Assembly (NCBI GenBank): GCA_951406725.2
Contig: OX597826.1
Span: forward strand, 20,026,001-20,090,000
Source: Octopus vulgaris
Taxonomy: Eukaryota
Direction of reading: 5' to 3'
DNA length: 64,000 nt
The position numbers and the translations under genes were made by a program. The notes under the pieces are model-generated. The model was not told the DNA's origin and searched no databases. It saw nothing but the letters and a program-made list of their open reading frames with translations. This document shows, piece after piece, positions 38,019 through 50,879 of this stretch (position 1 is its first letter; every line of letters begins with the position of its first letter).

Positions 38019-38251
38019 AAGGCGGTGAGCTGGCAGAAACGTTAGCACTCCGGGCGAAATGCGTAGCCGTATTTCGTCTGTCGTTACGTTCTGAGTTCAA
38101 ATTCCACCGAGGTCGACTTTGCCTTTCATCCTTTCGGGGTCGATAAATTAAGTAACAGTTACGCACTGGGGTCGATGTAATCGACTTAATCCCTTTGTCT
38201 GTCCTTGTTTGTCCTCTCTGTGTTTAGCTCCTTGTGGGTAGTAAAGAAATA
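38019..38251 (+). mobile_element. full-length Meta-like SINE (a further copy at 38728-38932, minus strand)
   Basis: A box, B box, core and tail all readable. Confidence 0.9.
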
Positions 38252-38674
38252 GGTATTGCGTTTGCGTTTTTTAGTTGTAATTCCTGGGTACGATATATAT
38301 ACATATTAGATAAAGATAGACCGGCCATGGTCGAAATGGGATTACTTCGAAAGATCTCTGGAGTAATATTACCTGACATGAAGCAAGGTTAAGAAGTCGT
38401 TTTAAGTCGAGCCACTACTTACCCTCACTGAGTGGTCGCATCTCCGGTACTACGGATATGTGATTAGAATGTCACAGGCAATAATCACAAAAGATCTGCG
38501 CGTCAAATTGAATGGATCCTCTTTATTTAATTACTTCACTGCTTTATAACTTATAGTGTGCTTCTCTTTCGGATTTATGATTTACTGATAATAAATATAT
38601 ACGCACACACGTACGTACGTACGTACATACATACATACATACATACATACATACATACATACATGCATGCACGC

Positions 38675-38730
<56 letters not shown>

Positions 38731-38994
38731 TTCTTTACTGCCCACAGGGGGCTAAACAAGGATAGACAAAGGGTTTAAGTCGATTACATCGACCCCAGTG
38801 CGAAACTGGTACTTTATTTATCGACCCCGAAAGGATGAAAGGCAAAGTCGACCTCGGCGGAATTTGAACTCAGAACGTAACGACAGACGAAATACCGCTA
38901 AGCATTTTGCCCGGCGCGCTAACGTTTCTGCCCTATATAATATATATACATTATTTATATTATTATATAATCGAACGCCACGCGTCCATTTCCA

Positions 38995-39033
<39 letters not shown>

Positions 39034-39146
39034 ATATATATATACATACATGCATACATACATACATACATACATACATACATACATACATACATACATA
39101 CATACATACATACATGCATACATACATACATACATGCATACATACC

Positions 39147-39197
<51 letters not shown>

Positions 39198-39287
39198 CTA
39201 TGTTGATATAATATACACATATTCGATTATTCGATATATAGATTCACAAGCGCGCATGTAGTATTGTGTGTGTGTGTGTGCGTGTCT

Positions 39288-39383
<96 letters not shown>

Positions 39384-39501
39384 TATAATGTGTTCATGCA
39401 TGTTATGAAGCGTGTAAATGCAAGTTATATAAGTAAGGAATCTAGAAATAAACGGTACCAAAGGCGTGAAGGAATGTATGAATGAATGATTTGAAAATGA
39501 A

Positions 39502-40300
39502 TAAATTTTTGACGGCGTTGCTGCCGTCGTCCTCAGACGAGGTAACTCATTATGTTCTTATCTATAAATGAGAATTGGTAACGTTGGATACATACCTCTA
39601 TTACAATGTATGCCTCCGCAAATCCAGAATACTTGTGCGGTTTGAAGTTATCTTTGTATCATGATTAAGTAGTCCTTGGCAATCTCGTTATTTATCGCAT
39701 CCTAAGTTGTTGTCAAAATCTATCTCATTATTTCTTACATTTTTGCTCCAATTGAAAGACTGCATTTGGAGATGTAGATTTGCGGTGCTGCTCTCTGACT
39801 CAAATGTGTTGTTATATTCGATGTTTATACTACCATGCTGGCAAGTTAAGTGGTATACTTCACTTGATTCAGAACACTTTGGGTGACTACTGTCTGATTC
39901 TCTGTTCTGATTGGACAGCTGCTAAAAGTGATGGGTTTGTGGCAGCTGGAAATACTATATCATAAAACATCTGCTGTTGTTTTTGTCAAGGTAGCTACGA
40001 CATACCTTGTCTCGTTTCACAGAGCTATTATCTTGTTTGTTGTTGGAAGAAGTTTTTAAAATTTATTTTCTTGACAACATTTTTAACAGCTCTTTCGTGT
40101 TTTACACAGCATCTTAAAAGCTTGCATCATGCATAAAAGGTTTGTAACTTGAACTACGGATCAGGTTATTACGCTGTTATTGATTTCTTTCCCTTTTAAG
40201 GAATTAGTTTTCTTTTCTTTCTCTATCTGACGGATATAATGAGTATTATTTTTCTTAATAGTATTTTTCGCGAGCCCGATGATACCCTAAGTCGACACTG
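39502..40300 (-). mobile_element. decayed Penelope-like GIY-YIG remnant with degenerate hammerhead (39502-39540)
   Basis: VYHLTC..NAVFQ..IDFDN motifs across frameshifts; CUGAGGA-C-GACGGC(AGCAAC)GCCGUC-AAAA, helix I not recoverable. Confidence 0.5.
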
Positions 40301-40552
40301 ATTGGGCACGTATCATGAAGTGGTTCCTGTAGTTCCATTTAGCTGTCCTTTTGAGAGGACACTTAGAAAAAGACACTACGGTGGCTAAATGTAGACATAG
40401 ACAAAAGAATCATGAAAAACTATTTTCTAACAACAAACAGGATATCACATAATAGACATACATGTTTCCAGGTTCGGTTCCACTGTGTTACACGTTGGGT
40501 AGGTGCCCCGGGTAGACCGAAACCCTGTGAGAGGATTTCATTAAAGGAATCG

Positions 40553-40612
<60 letters not shown>

Positions 40613-40623
40613 ATATATGTATA

Positions 40624-40698
<75 letters not shown>

Positions 40699-40711
40699 GT
40701 ATATGTATATA

Positions 40712-41105
40712 TACTCTTTTACTTGTTTCAGTCATTTGACTGCGGCCATGCTGGAGCACCGCCTTTAATCGAGCAAATCGACCCCGGGACTTATTCTTTT
40801 GTAAGCCCAGTACTTATTCTATCGGTTTCTTTTGCCGAACCGCTAAGTGACGGGGACGTAAACACACCAGCATCGGTTGTCAAGCAATGCTAGGGGGACA
40901 GACACAGACACACAAACACACACACACATATATATATATACATATATACGACAGGCTTCTTTCAGTTTCCGTCTACCAAATCCACTCACAAGGCATTGGT
41001 CGGCCCGGCGCTATAGCAGAAGACACTTGCCCAAGATGCCACGCAGTGGGACTGAACCCGGAACCATGTGGTTGGTTAGCAAGCTACTTACCACACAGCT
41101 GCGCC
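40712..41105 (-). mobile_element. full-length CORE-like tRNA SINE
   Basis: Head GCTGTGTGGTAAG..GGTTCAGTCCC; CORE-like TGGCATCTTGGGCAAGTG; internal microsatellite; tail GGCGGTGCTCCAGCATGGCCGCAGTCAAATGACTGAAACAAGTAAAAGAG. Confidence 0.9.
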
Positions 41106-41178
41106 TATATATATATATACATATGTATATATATATATATACATATGTATATGTATATATATATATATATATATATAC

Positions 41179-41252
<74 letters not shown>

Positions 41253-41270
41253 GTATATTTTTTCTTCCAT

Positions 41271-41485
41271 TACTTTACTTATTTCAGTCATTTGACTCCA
41301 GCCATGCTGGAGCACCGCCTTAAAGCATTTTGGTCGAAGAAATCGACTACAGAACTTATTCTTTGTAAGCCTACCACTTATTCTATCGGTCATATTTCGC
41401 CGTAACGCTAAGTTATGGGGACAAAAATACACCAGCATCGGTTGACAAGCGATGGTGGTGATACAAACACAGACACACAAATATA

Positions 41486-41570
<85 letters not shown>

Positions 41571-41732
41571 GACGGGCTTCTTTCAGTTTCCCTCTACCAA
41601 ATCCACTCACCAAGCATTGGTCGGCCCGAGGTTATTATAGAAGTCACTTGCCTAAGGTGCCACGCAGTGAGACTGAACCCAGGACCATGTGGTTGGGAAG
41701 CAAGCTTCTTACTACACAGCCAGACCTACGCC
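41271..41732 (-). mobile_element. second full-length CORE-like tRNA SINE
   Basis: Same organisation as 40712-41105. Confidence 0.9.
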
Positions 41733-41757
41733 TATGTATATATGTGTGTATGTCTCA

Positions 41758-41891
<134 letters not shown>

Positions 41892-41974
41892 TTTAAAATA
41901 AGAGAAATAAATACAAATAAAAAGTTGGGATAAAAACTAAGTAAATAGCTTTTAAAGATTGCCCTGAAGGGGTC

Positions 41975-43180
41975 TATATAAGATGTAGGACAACAGGAAA
42001 ACTGTTCAATCTCAAAAGACCCTGTGCCAAAACTAAAGTTCTGCATTCTCACCTTGTTGAGTTTCTGTATGCAGATGATTGTGACCTGTTGGCACATTAT
42101 CAGAAAGAAATGCAGCACGTGGTGAATGCGATGTCTGCAGCATTGGGTCTGACGTTCAATTTTTTAAAAACTGTTATAATTGTACCAGCCCGCTTCCTCC
42201 AAGATGTATGTGGAACCTTTTATAACTGTGAATGGTCAAAGGTTGGAGACTGTACCTAGATTTATTTATTTAAGAAGTACCTTCAGCACTGCTGGTCTTG
42301 ATGATGAAATTCCATACAGAAACAGCAGGGCTAGTAGTGCTTTTGGCAGGCTTGATAGGCGTCTGTGGAAACAACATAATATATCTTCACAAATTAAAAT
42401 TAAGGTATATAACACATGCATCCTCCCATCTTTGCAATATGGAAGTGAGGTATGGGTTGCTTACCGTAGGCAGGTAAGGCAATTGGAACGATTTCATCAA
42501 TACTGTCTGAGAAAAAAAATTGGGGATAAACTGGAAAATGGCCATTAGTAAAGTGGAGTTGCTTGAGAGGAGTGGCAGTAGAAGTATAGAGTCACTGATT
42601 TTGCTGAGACGTTTGAGGTGGTGGGGGACATTTGGTAAGGATGAGTGATGAGCGACTGCCCAAGCAGCTATTGTATGGTGAGCTGGAAGACGGCAGGAGG
42701 CCAGCGCATAAGCCAAAACTAAGGTTTAAGGATTGCCTTTAAAATGCTCTAATACAGACAGGAATTGCATCTGGTAATTGGGAGAGGGAGGCACAAGACC
42801 GTGATGGATGGAGTAAGATAGTGCATGATGGTTGTTCAAGGTTTGAGAGGGTGAGAGTGAAGTATGAGAGAATTAGGAGGGGGATTAGAAGGTGGGAACC
42901 TGTGGAAAGTGAGAGAGTGTTGCTTTTTATGTGTGTGGTTTGTGGGCGGAGGTGTTTGAGTCGTGCACGCCTGGTGAGCCATCAAAATTCTCATAGAAAT
43001 CGACTCATGGTAAGCAATGATGTGGCTATTAAAAATCATAACAGAACATGTGTAAAATGTGGAAGGATGTGCCTCTCAGTTGGAGGTCTAAAAAGACATG
43101 TTAAGAGAGAGCATATGGTGGTACCTGTTTCTCCTGCCAGCCAGCACAGTTGTCTAGTATGTAATAAAATCATATAAGGG
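41975..43180 (+). mobile_element. RTE (BovB-like) LINE 3' half with C-terminal C2H2 fingers
   Basis: EFLYADDC, RASSAFGRL, KIKVY..LQYGSEVW, RLPKQLLYGEL; CVVC..H..H, CVKC..H...H, CLVC. Confidence 0.9.
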
Positions 43181-43524
43181 CATCACATGGCAACAATCAT
43201 GAATCATTTCAGTAAGTTTATGCAATCGATGTCTTTGATTAGCTAGAATTACGTAACTATGAATGCTTGTAAATTCCTTTATCAGAAAGTAAACAAATGC
43301 AATTTTCGCTATCGGCATGCAAAACTACATTAGAACGATATTTTTGAAAATACTCTGGGGAAAATATCTGGAAAACCTTCAAGTGGTTGGAAGACATTTA
43401 ACAAGAACTAACCTGGTACTTATCCTATCGGTCTTTTTTTACCGAACCGTTAAGATACAGGAACATAAACAAACCAACGCTGGTTGTCAAGCAGCAGTGG
43501 GGACAAACACAAAGACGCACATGG

Positions 43525-43556
<32 letters not shown>

Positions 43557-43739
43557 GCACATCACAACTGTCTGACGAACGGGAACGACCACACTTTTTT
43601 ACTCTTGCGTCCGTCATTCTTGAAAATAATTTCACATTCGTGAGGATCTTTATTTGCTTACTGCTTTTAATGATTTTATGGATACGCAGAATTTCCTTCA
43701 GTCTGGGGTCCTTATGGAGTATTGGGAAATTTGGGACAA

Positions 43740-44600
43740 TGATGCTAAATGCTTCTTTGATTCTGGGGAACTTTGGTTAGAAACCAAGAACAATAAGGTC
43801 CATATCCTTCACTCCCAATATGCCAAACCCATGGTCACTAAATACCTTGTCCACAAGAACACAGCCATTGCAGACAAGGCCAAGTTCAATATTCTTATAA
43901 CAGACTTGGTGAGAGCGATGAGGAATGTGTCTCGCATGTGCGACCCTAAGGAACTGGAAAGACACATACAACACTTCATCCACTGCAAGCAAAGGGACAG
44001 GATTAGAGTGTACAAAGGAGTCAGTATAAAGCCATCATAGAGAGTGATGAAAAGAGGAGCTGCCCGCTATACAGAAGTAAATCCTGGAACAGCACAGAGA
44101 GGATCCGAAAAAAGGTAGATAAAGCCAACTCATGGTATGACGACAAAAAATACCAGTGTCATGTTCGCTGACAGCGAACTAGCATACTTTTTTAGAGAAA
44201 CATTAGATAAGGCCAATCTACAGATTAAAAGTAATAGAAAGGCCTGGTTCCCTCTATAAAATTCCTGATCTGTAGAACTTATCACTTCGACAGGTTCCCA
44301 AGTACAGAGAATAATCGTATTGCATGTAGAATGAAGCCACGGGCTAACTGTAAGGTTAGGAATATAGTGTATAGCTTACGATGTACTGAGGGATGGTGCA
44401 GAAGCTTGACAACTGCTTACATTGTAGAGACAGCATGCAGCATAGAAGAGCGTATAGGTGAAGACACTGGCGAGAGCTGAAAGAAGAGAAAGGCTCGTCA
44501 ACGCTCAGCCAGCATGGTCAAGCAGAACAAAGAGGCTCAGTCGACAGCATAGGGGTCAAAGTATTACCAACGCAGAGAACTGAGCAATAGACAGACCGTG
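43740..44600 (+). mobile_element. Penelope-like element fragment (RT thumb plus GIY-YIG) of a distinct clade
   Basis: LWLE..ILHSQYAKPM..KFNILITDLVRAMRNVS; CKVRNIVYSLRC..AYIVETACSIEERIGE. Confidence 0.75.
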
Positions 44601-45426
44601 CCTCAACTGAAAACACGACTGGAACAATAACACCCACTACCACACCACACAACACCATGCAACATGCCGTCTAAAGACGTCGTGTTGGATATGGATACAA
44701 GAAGTCTTTAGACTGAAGGGAGAAAAACAAACATACAAATAGCGCAATACACATATGATAGACATATATACACATATACGTATGATAAATATAAAAACAA
44801 TTGACATAAAAAAGACTGTATAAAGGGCACGGATACAAACAACATTTGACGACCGCAACAATATCAATGATACCACTAACAACGACAACAGCAACAACGG
44901 TAACAACAATGGCAACAACAACCACGATGGCAGTAGCGTGGGTGATTCCACAAGCAAAGGGTACAAAAAGCCGGGTTCAAGGGCAGTAGCAGCGGCAACG
45001 AGGTAGGGGACGGGGCTGACAGGAGGGTCATAGTGCTACTAAGAACAATGACACACACATGTACACAAACATACGAAGACAGGCGCATGCGCATTTAAGG
45101 ATACACACCATAGAAGAACAGAATGGAATAAGCAGAGCAAGAGCACACACGAAAATGTCGCTGGGGAGGTTACAGATGTGTGACGAAAGATTTCCGGACA
45201 ATGCACATGAGTGAGAATAAGAACAGTAATAAACGAGTGAAGAACGAATATATGGTGCGTGTGTTTATTTGGCAAAAAAAAATGACCATCCCAAAATACA
45301 ACAATATGTTTCAACACACGGCTTCACATCAGGAATCTTGCAACATAAATTCATAAACGTGTATATATGTGACCGCGTGTGTATCGTTGGTGATTTTCTT
45401 TCTCCAACTTCCCTTCCTTTTTCTAT

Positions 45427-45461
45427 GTTTCTGACGAAGAGCTCTGCTCGAAACGTTAAAT
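45427..45461 (+). ncRNA. minimal hammerhead ribozyme motif, canonical core
   Basis: GUUU-CUGACGA-A-GAGC(UCU)GCUC-GAAA-CGUU-AAAU; GUU site. Confidence 0.78.
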
Positions 45462-45479
45462 CCTTCTCTTTCTTTCTAT

Positions 45480-46050
45480 TCAACACTATTGTGCAAACTC
45501 TCCCTTTACTAACTAGAGATCCAAAAATGAACGACATCCTGAAAACACACAAACTCATCAAATGCAAAAAACAAGACAAATCGCATAAAGAGACTACTAA
45601 CAAATGCGAAGCTTTACAAAACAACCACGAAACCAATGGTTGAAAAATGTGGACGCCCGAACTGTGGAACCTGTCCCAACCTGCTTGAAGGCTCGGATTT
45701 CCTTTTCAAACAAGGACAGAGGTTCACAATTAAAACTAGTTTCACCTGTGCCTCTGAGAACCTAATTTATGTAATAACCAGCTCGGGTTGCGGTCATCAG
45801 TACATTGGACAAACGAGTTTAACTTTGAGAAAGAGAATCACTCTGCATAAGGAGCAAATCCGTTTCCCGCAATACAGACAAATTCCTCTTAGTGAACACA
45901 CAGAAAAATGTGCAGGTAACATCAAACCAAATTTCACAGTCTTCCCTTTCTACTAGTGCAAAGACGCAATCTCTCAATTAGAACGCTTAAATAAAGAAAC
46001 TTTTTTCATTGAAAAATACAAAACACGTCTTAATATGCACGCATAACCAA
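45480..46050 (+). mobile_element. Penelope-like GIY-YIG endonuclease fragment (ORF 45636-45956, premature stop)
   Basis: CGRPNCGTC..FTCASENLIYVITSSGCGHQYIGQT..LRKRITLH..KETFFIEKYKTRLN. Confidence 0.9.
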
Positions 46051-46321
46051 CTTTTATATTTTTACATATTACATCACTGTACATAAATCCCCTACTAAAC
46101 AAAGTCTTTTTTAAAAACCTGTCTCTTTTTTGTACACATATTTATTCCCCACCCAAAACCTGAACAGTTATCTCCCTTACAGACAACAATAACAATAATA
46201 ACAACCAATTACCTCCCTTTATTTGTTTACTTGTAAAGTCATTCACTCGTGAATTTCATCACACACGACATGGACCAAATTTCTTCTTAAGAAAAAATAT
46301 ATATTCATATAAATTAAACAT

Positions 46322-46358
46322 TATATCATGAATAGCGATAGCGAAACCGGTCGATATA
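46322..46358 (+). ncRNA. minimal hammerhead ribozyme motif, A3-U8 variant
   Basis: UAUAUC-AUGAAUA-GC(GAUA)GC-GAAA-CCGG-UC-GAUAUA; 6-bp helix I, GUC site; 3' of the PLE ORF, same strand. Confidence 0.8.
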
Positions 46359-46473
46359 TTAAAAATAATATTAAAACCATGTAAGTGTGCGTATTTTCCT
46401 TTTTTAATTTCTTATATACATTACAACCCACAACGTGGGGACAACCGAAATTCCTCTTTTCTGTTACTACTAT

Positions 46474-46507
<34 letters not shown>

Positions 46508-47046
46508 ATATATATATATATACACATAGTGAATTTAGGACCATATTATGAATGAGATAAAATACATCTAACAACCTCATTTAATGTCCTCTTTACTGAT
46601 TTTTTTGACGCTATAATGTAGTTTAAGGAAGATTTGGCTGTTATTTCTAGCAGACGGAGAGATCACCAAAAAGTTTCGTCATCGCTGTTTCTGCAAATTT
46701 TCATGACAAAATATTGTTCCGACATAATATGTTGGCAATCGACGACTTCAATGGTTCAAAATTAACAAACTTTACATGTTCAAGTAGTTTTCGTTATCAG
46801 CATGCACAAACTACATGAGGTTTCGAAAATAATCGAGTGAAAATTGAAAAAAATTTAAGTGATGAAAATTTAATAAGATCTATCAGGTTTTTAAAATAAG
46901 CATTGAGGGAGGTTTGTTTGACTAAAACGCTTCAAGTTGGTGCCCCAGCATGGCCACAATCCAGTGATTGAAACAGGTAAATGATACATGTACGTGGGTA
47001 TATGCGTGTGCATATATACACACATACACCTACATATACACGCATG

Positions 47047-47171
<125 letters not shown>

Positions 47172-47719
47172 GGAGAGAGAGAGATGGATAGATAGAAACA
47201 GGTACGCAGAACTCAAAACATGAATTTTTTACTTGCTTCAGTCAATGGACTATGGCCATGCTCAGGTACCGCCTTGAAGGGTTTGATCGAGAGAATCTAC
47301 TCCAATACTTATTTTCAAGCCTGGTAATTATTTCATCTTTTTTTTTTTTTTTTGCCGAACCACAATATTACAGGAATGTTAGCCAACACCGGATGTTTAG
47401 CTGTGGTGGGAGAAAAACCCACACATACATACATACATACAGAAGTTTATCATTTAAATATATATGAGCATGTCTAGATATGCAAGTATATGCATGAGAA
47501 GACGAACATTAAACAAAACATACAAATCTGCACATATACATACATACATGCATGCAAAATACCTTGTTGATGTTGAAATTCCAGTGAAGGAGCCTTGGAT
47601 CTAGGGTAGAAACTGGCTCTTTCTCTACTGGCAAGAAATCTTGAAATGAAACTAAATAATGACATACATACAGGCAGGCAGGCAGGCAGGCAGGCAGATT
47701 AACGCCTGTCTATATGCTC

Positions 47720-48955
47720 TGGATACAACTGCAAAGCAGTACATGAACGACATTCAAAAAGTCAACAAAATCGAAACAACAAAGTACCATCATGGGTTTT
47801 GAAGACAGAGAAAGAGAAAGCTGATTAACGGAAGACCATCAGCCATGTGATGATGCTTATTGCATGCAAACAAGCAACTCGCTGTACGTCTCTCCAACAA
47901 AAAGTGAAGAAGGAGATAGAAGTGATGTTTCGAGACAGCAAAAAAGGGGACACTCACTTGCAAACTGATTATCCTCAAGCAGGAGATGGAGAAGAAGCTC
48001 AGGAACGGCTTCAGAGAGGGAAGACCAACCATCAGTCACATTCTAATGCTGAGGAGGTTATTAGAGGGAGCTAGAGCAAAGAGTCTTCTTGTTATAGTTT
48101 TCATTGACTTTTAGAGGACCTTTGATTCTGAGGACCGTCACTGCCTGATGAAAATCTTATGGAATCCCTAAGAAGATGCTGGATCTGATGTCACTGCTCT
48201 ACATCAACACCAGATGCTGAGTTTGCTGACGACATAGTTTTGATGACAAACACAATGAGGGATGCAGGAGGTAGAGACTGTGTCGATGAGCGTGGAGCTG
48301 AAAATGAATGAGATTAAGACGAAGTTTCTGGTAGAAAACATTAAGAAGTCAGAGAAGATTATGAATGTAGGCGGGAAGCCACTAGAGTTGGTGGAGGACT
48401 TCTTGTATCTGGAAGCAAAGATTGGGAACACAGAGGATGAGATAGTTGAGAGGAAGAACAAAGCTTGTGTGGCATGCCACAGTTTGAGATTTGTATGGAA
48501 GTCGGACCTTCGTAAAGACCTGAAGATCTGGCTCTTTGTCGCTGCAGTGGAGTCTGTGCTGTTATATGTGTCTGAAATTTGAATACTGACCAAGAAACTC
48601 ACTCAGATGGGTGCTACACGAGAATGATGAGGATGGCTCTGAACATTAATCAGTATACGCTGAAGATGAAGAACTCGGAGCTGTACGAGAGCCTCTCAAA
48701 AGTTAGCCTGAAAATAACACAGAGGAAACTAAGGTTAGTCGGACATGCTCACCGTCATTCAGAGTTGATACTGCACTCAGTGCTCCAGTGAGAGCCCCAT
48801 ACATGGACACACTAGAAGAAGGAGACCGAGGATGATATGTGTTGATGCCCTAAGGACAGACACTCGTCTCTGGGAGAGGCAGGAGGTGGCACCGATGATG
48901 AGGGACAAAGACCTCTGGAGAAAACTCGTCCATGGATCTCGGGAACTTTACCTGC
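47720..48955 (+). mobile_element. RTE-clade LINE fragment, internally deleted
   Basis: NGFREGRPTISHILMLRRLLEG..VFIDF; EFADDIVL; VEDFLYL; VESVLLY; DGCYTRMMR; RKLRLVGH. Confidence 0.85.
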
Positions 48956-49193
48956 CCTATATATATATAGAAAGAACAGCTAGGTTCTGTAAACCACAGA
49001 ACCTAGCTGTTCTTTCTAATGTGTTGAATTCCCTACAAGTGGATTCCTTATGTGTATAAATATACACTATATCGTATGACTAATACATAGTCTTCTTGAC
49101 TAATTGTTTTGCACGTTAGACCACTGGAAATGTAAATTTTGATTGAATGTTTTAATTTTAATTAAATTCCATTTCCTTTTGACATGATTAAAT

Positions 49194-49263
<70 letters not shown>

Positions 49264-49270
49264 GTGTGTA

Positions 49271-49487
49271 TTCTTTTATTCTTTTATGCGGTTCAGCTCA
49301 AAGGGTGTGGTCATGCTTGGGCACCGCCAGTGTTATCACCTTTTCAATGGCCATTCTTATGTGACTGGCTTTTTGTGAAGGAGGGAGTTTAATGATGCTG
49401 CCCACTTTTTGAGTTTCTTGCCGTGATGTAGGTTCATCTGGGACCTTGGACAGCTGGAGATCAAGTTGTTTCTTGACCTACTCCATA
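49271..49487 (-). mobile_element. CR1-like LINE 3' end
   Basis: KKQLDLQLSKVPDEP C-terminal motif, then tail GGCGGTGCCCAAGCATGACCAC..GCTGAA..TAAAAGAATAAAAGAA. Confidence 0.7.
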
Positions 49488-49699
49488 TAATTACGCGCGC
49501 GCGCATACACACACATAATGAAGCATGTCCAAATAATACTGATATAAATTAGTAATATAGACGATTGCAAAAATAATTAGTAACAATGGAAATGCTGAAA
49601 ATCGTTATATTATTTTTATTGATGGTAATGAAAATAATATAAACAGCACTAAGAATGGTTTCAAATTTTGGCCATTCTTGTCAGTAATTTTCGGTACTA

Positions 49700-49825
49700 A
49701 TTAATAGAAGAAAAGGTGGTAAAGAATTGTAATTGTAAGGACAGAAACGTATGTCGTTTGCGAATTGAATGCCTTCGTATGAACGTCATAAACAAAAGTA
49801 CAGTTAGAACAATATCAGATGCATT
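49700..49825 (+). mobile_element. short Penelope-like fragment (start of GIY-YIG domain)
   Basis: [26 protein letters not shown]. Confidence 0.6.
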
Positions 49826-49851
49826 TGTATGTATGTATATATATATGTGTG

Positions 49852-50015
<164 letters not shown>

Positions 50016-50024
50016 CATGTGTGC

Positions 50025-50073
<49 letters not shown>

Positions 50074-50074
50074 C

Positions 50075-50105
<31 letters not shown>

Positions 50106-50114
50106 CATGTGTGC

Positions 50115-50190
<76 letters not shown>

Positions 50191-50415
50191 TTATTATAAT
50201 TATTAGGGAATATTACTTCCGAGTACACAGGAAAAAAACATTCAAATTAGATGTACTAAAATGAACAACACTCAATGTTTAATTCGTATATATAAAAGTA
50301 TTTTTAGAGACTCAATCAACACTGAAAGATTTTATACCCCACCACTGCATAGAATGTTAAATATTAAATATCATACTAACTATATCTATTTTGAATCCCG
50401 TATTTTCCGTTTATA

Positions 50416-50515
50416 AGACTACGCGTGTTTCATGAAAGTACGTCGGTATTGATTAGATACAAGGTATCTAGTTTCAATATTTAATCGAGTCGATAAACTC
50501 CCAATCTTCAAGTCT
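50416..50515 (-). ncRNA. hammerhead motif with ~70-nt structured helix II (U3-G8 core)
   Basis: AGAC-UUGAAGA-U-UGGGAGU..ACUUUCA-U-GAAA-CACGCG-UA-GUCU; inner hairpin UAGAUAC/GUAUCUA. Confidence 0.6.
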
Positions 50516-50879
50516 AGATTCCTCAACATTTTTCACTACCCCTACCTCTTATATACTCTATATCTTCAACATAATCTTACTTAACATATACAAATGAATG
50601 GAAATACAAATAATAATTAAAAATAATAACTGAATATTAAAAATTTTAGGAGTAAAAACTTAAGGAATAAAAATTTAAGGAATAAGCATTTAAGGAAAAA
50701 AATTTAAAGAGAAAAAATACGAGTAAAAATTACGAACAAAAGTTACGAATAACGAATAAAGAATAGAGAACTGCGAATAAGCAAATACGAAATAAAAATG
50801 AAATAATAATGAAATAAAAATAGAGACGAAAATAAAGCGAATGTTAACTTATTTTTTCTTTCCTCGGCGAAAATTAGAC

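Noticed and set aside
44669-44713. Additional hammerhead at a 17-bp hairpin
   Set aside because: CUAAAGA core with no properly placed GAAA or NUH; just an inverted repeat.
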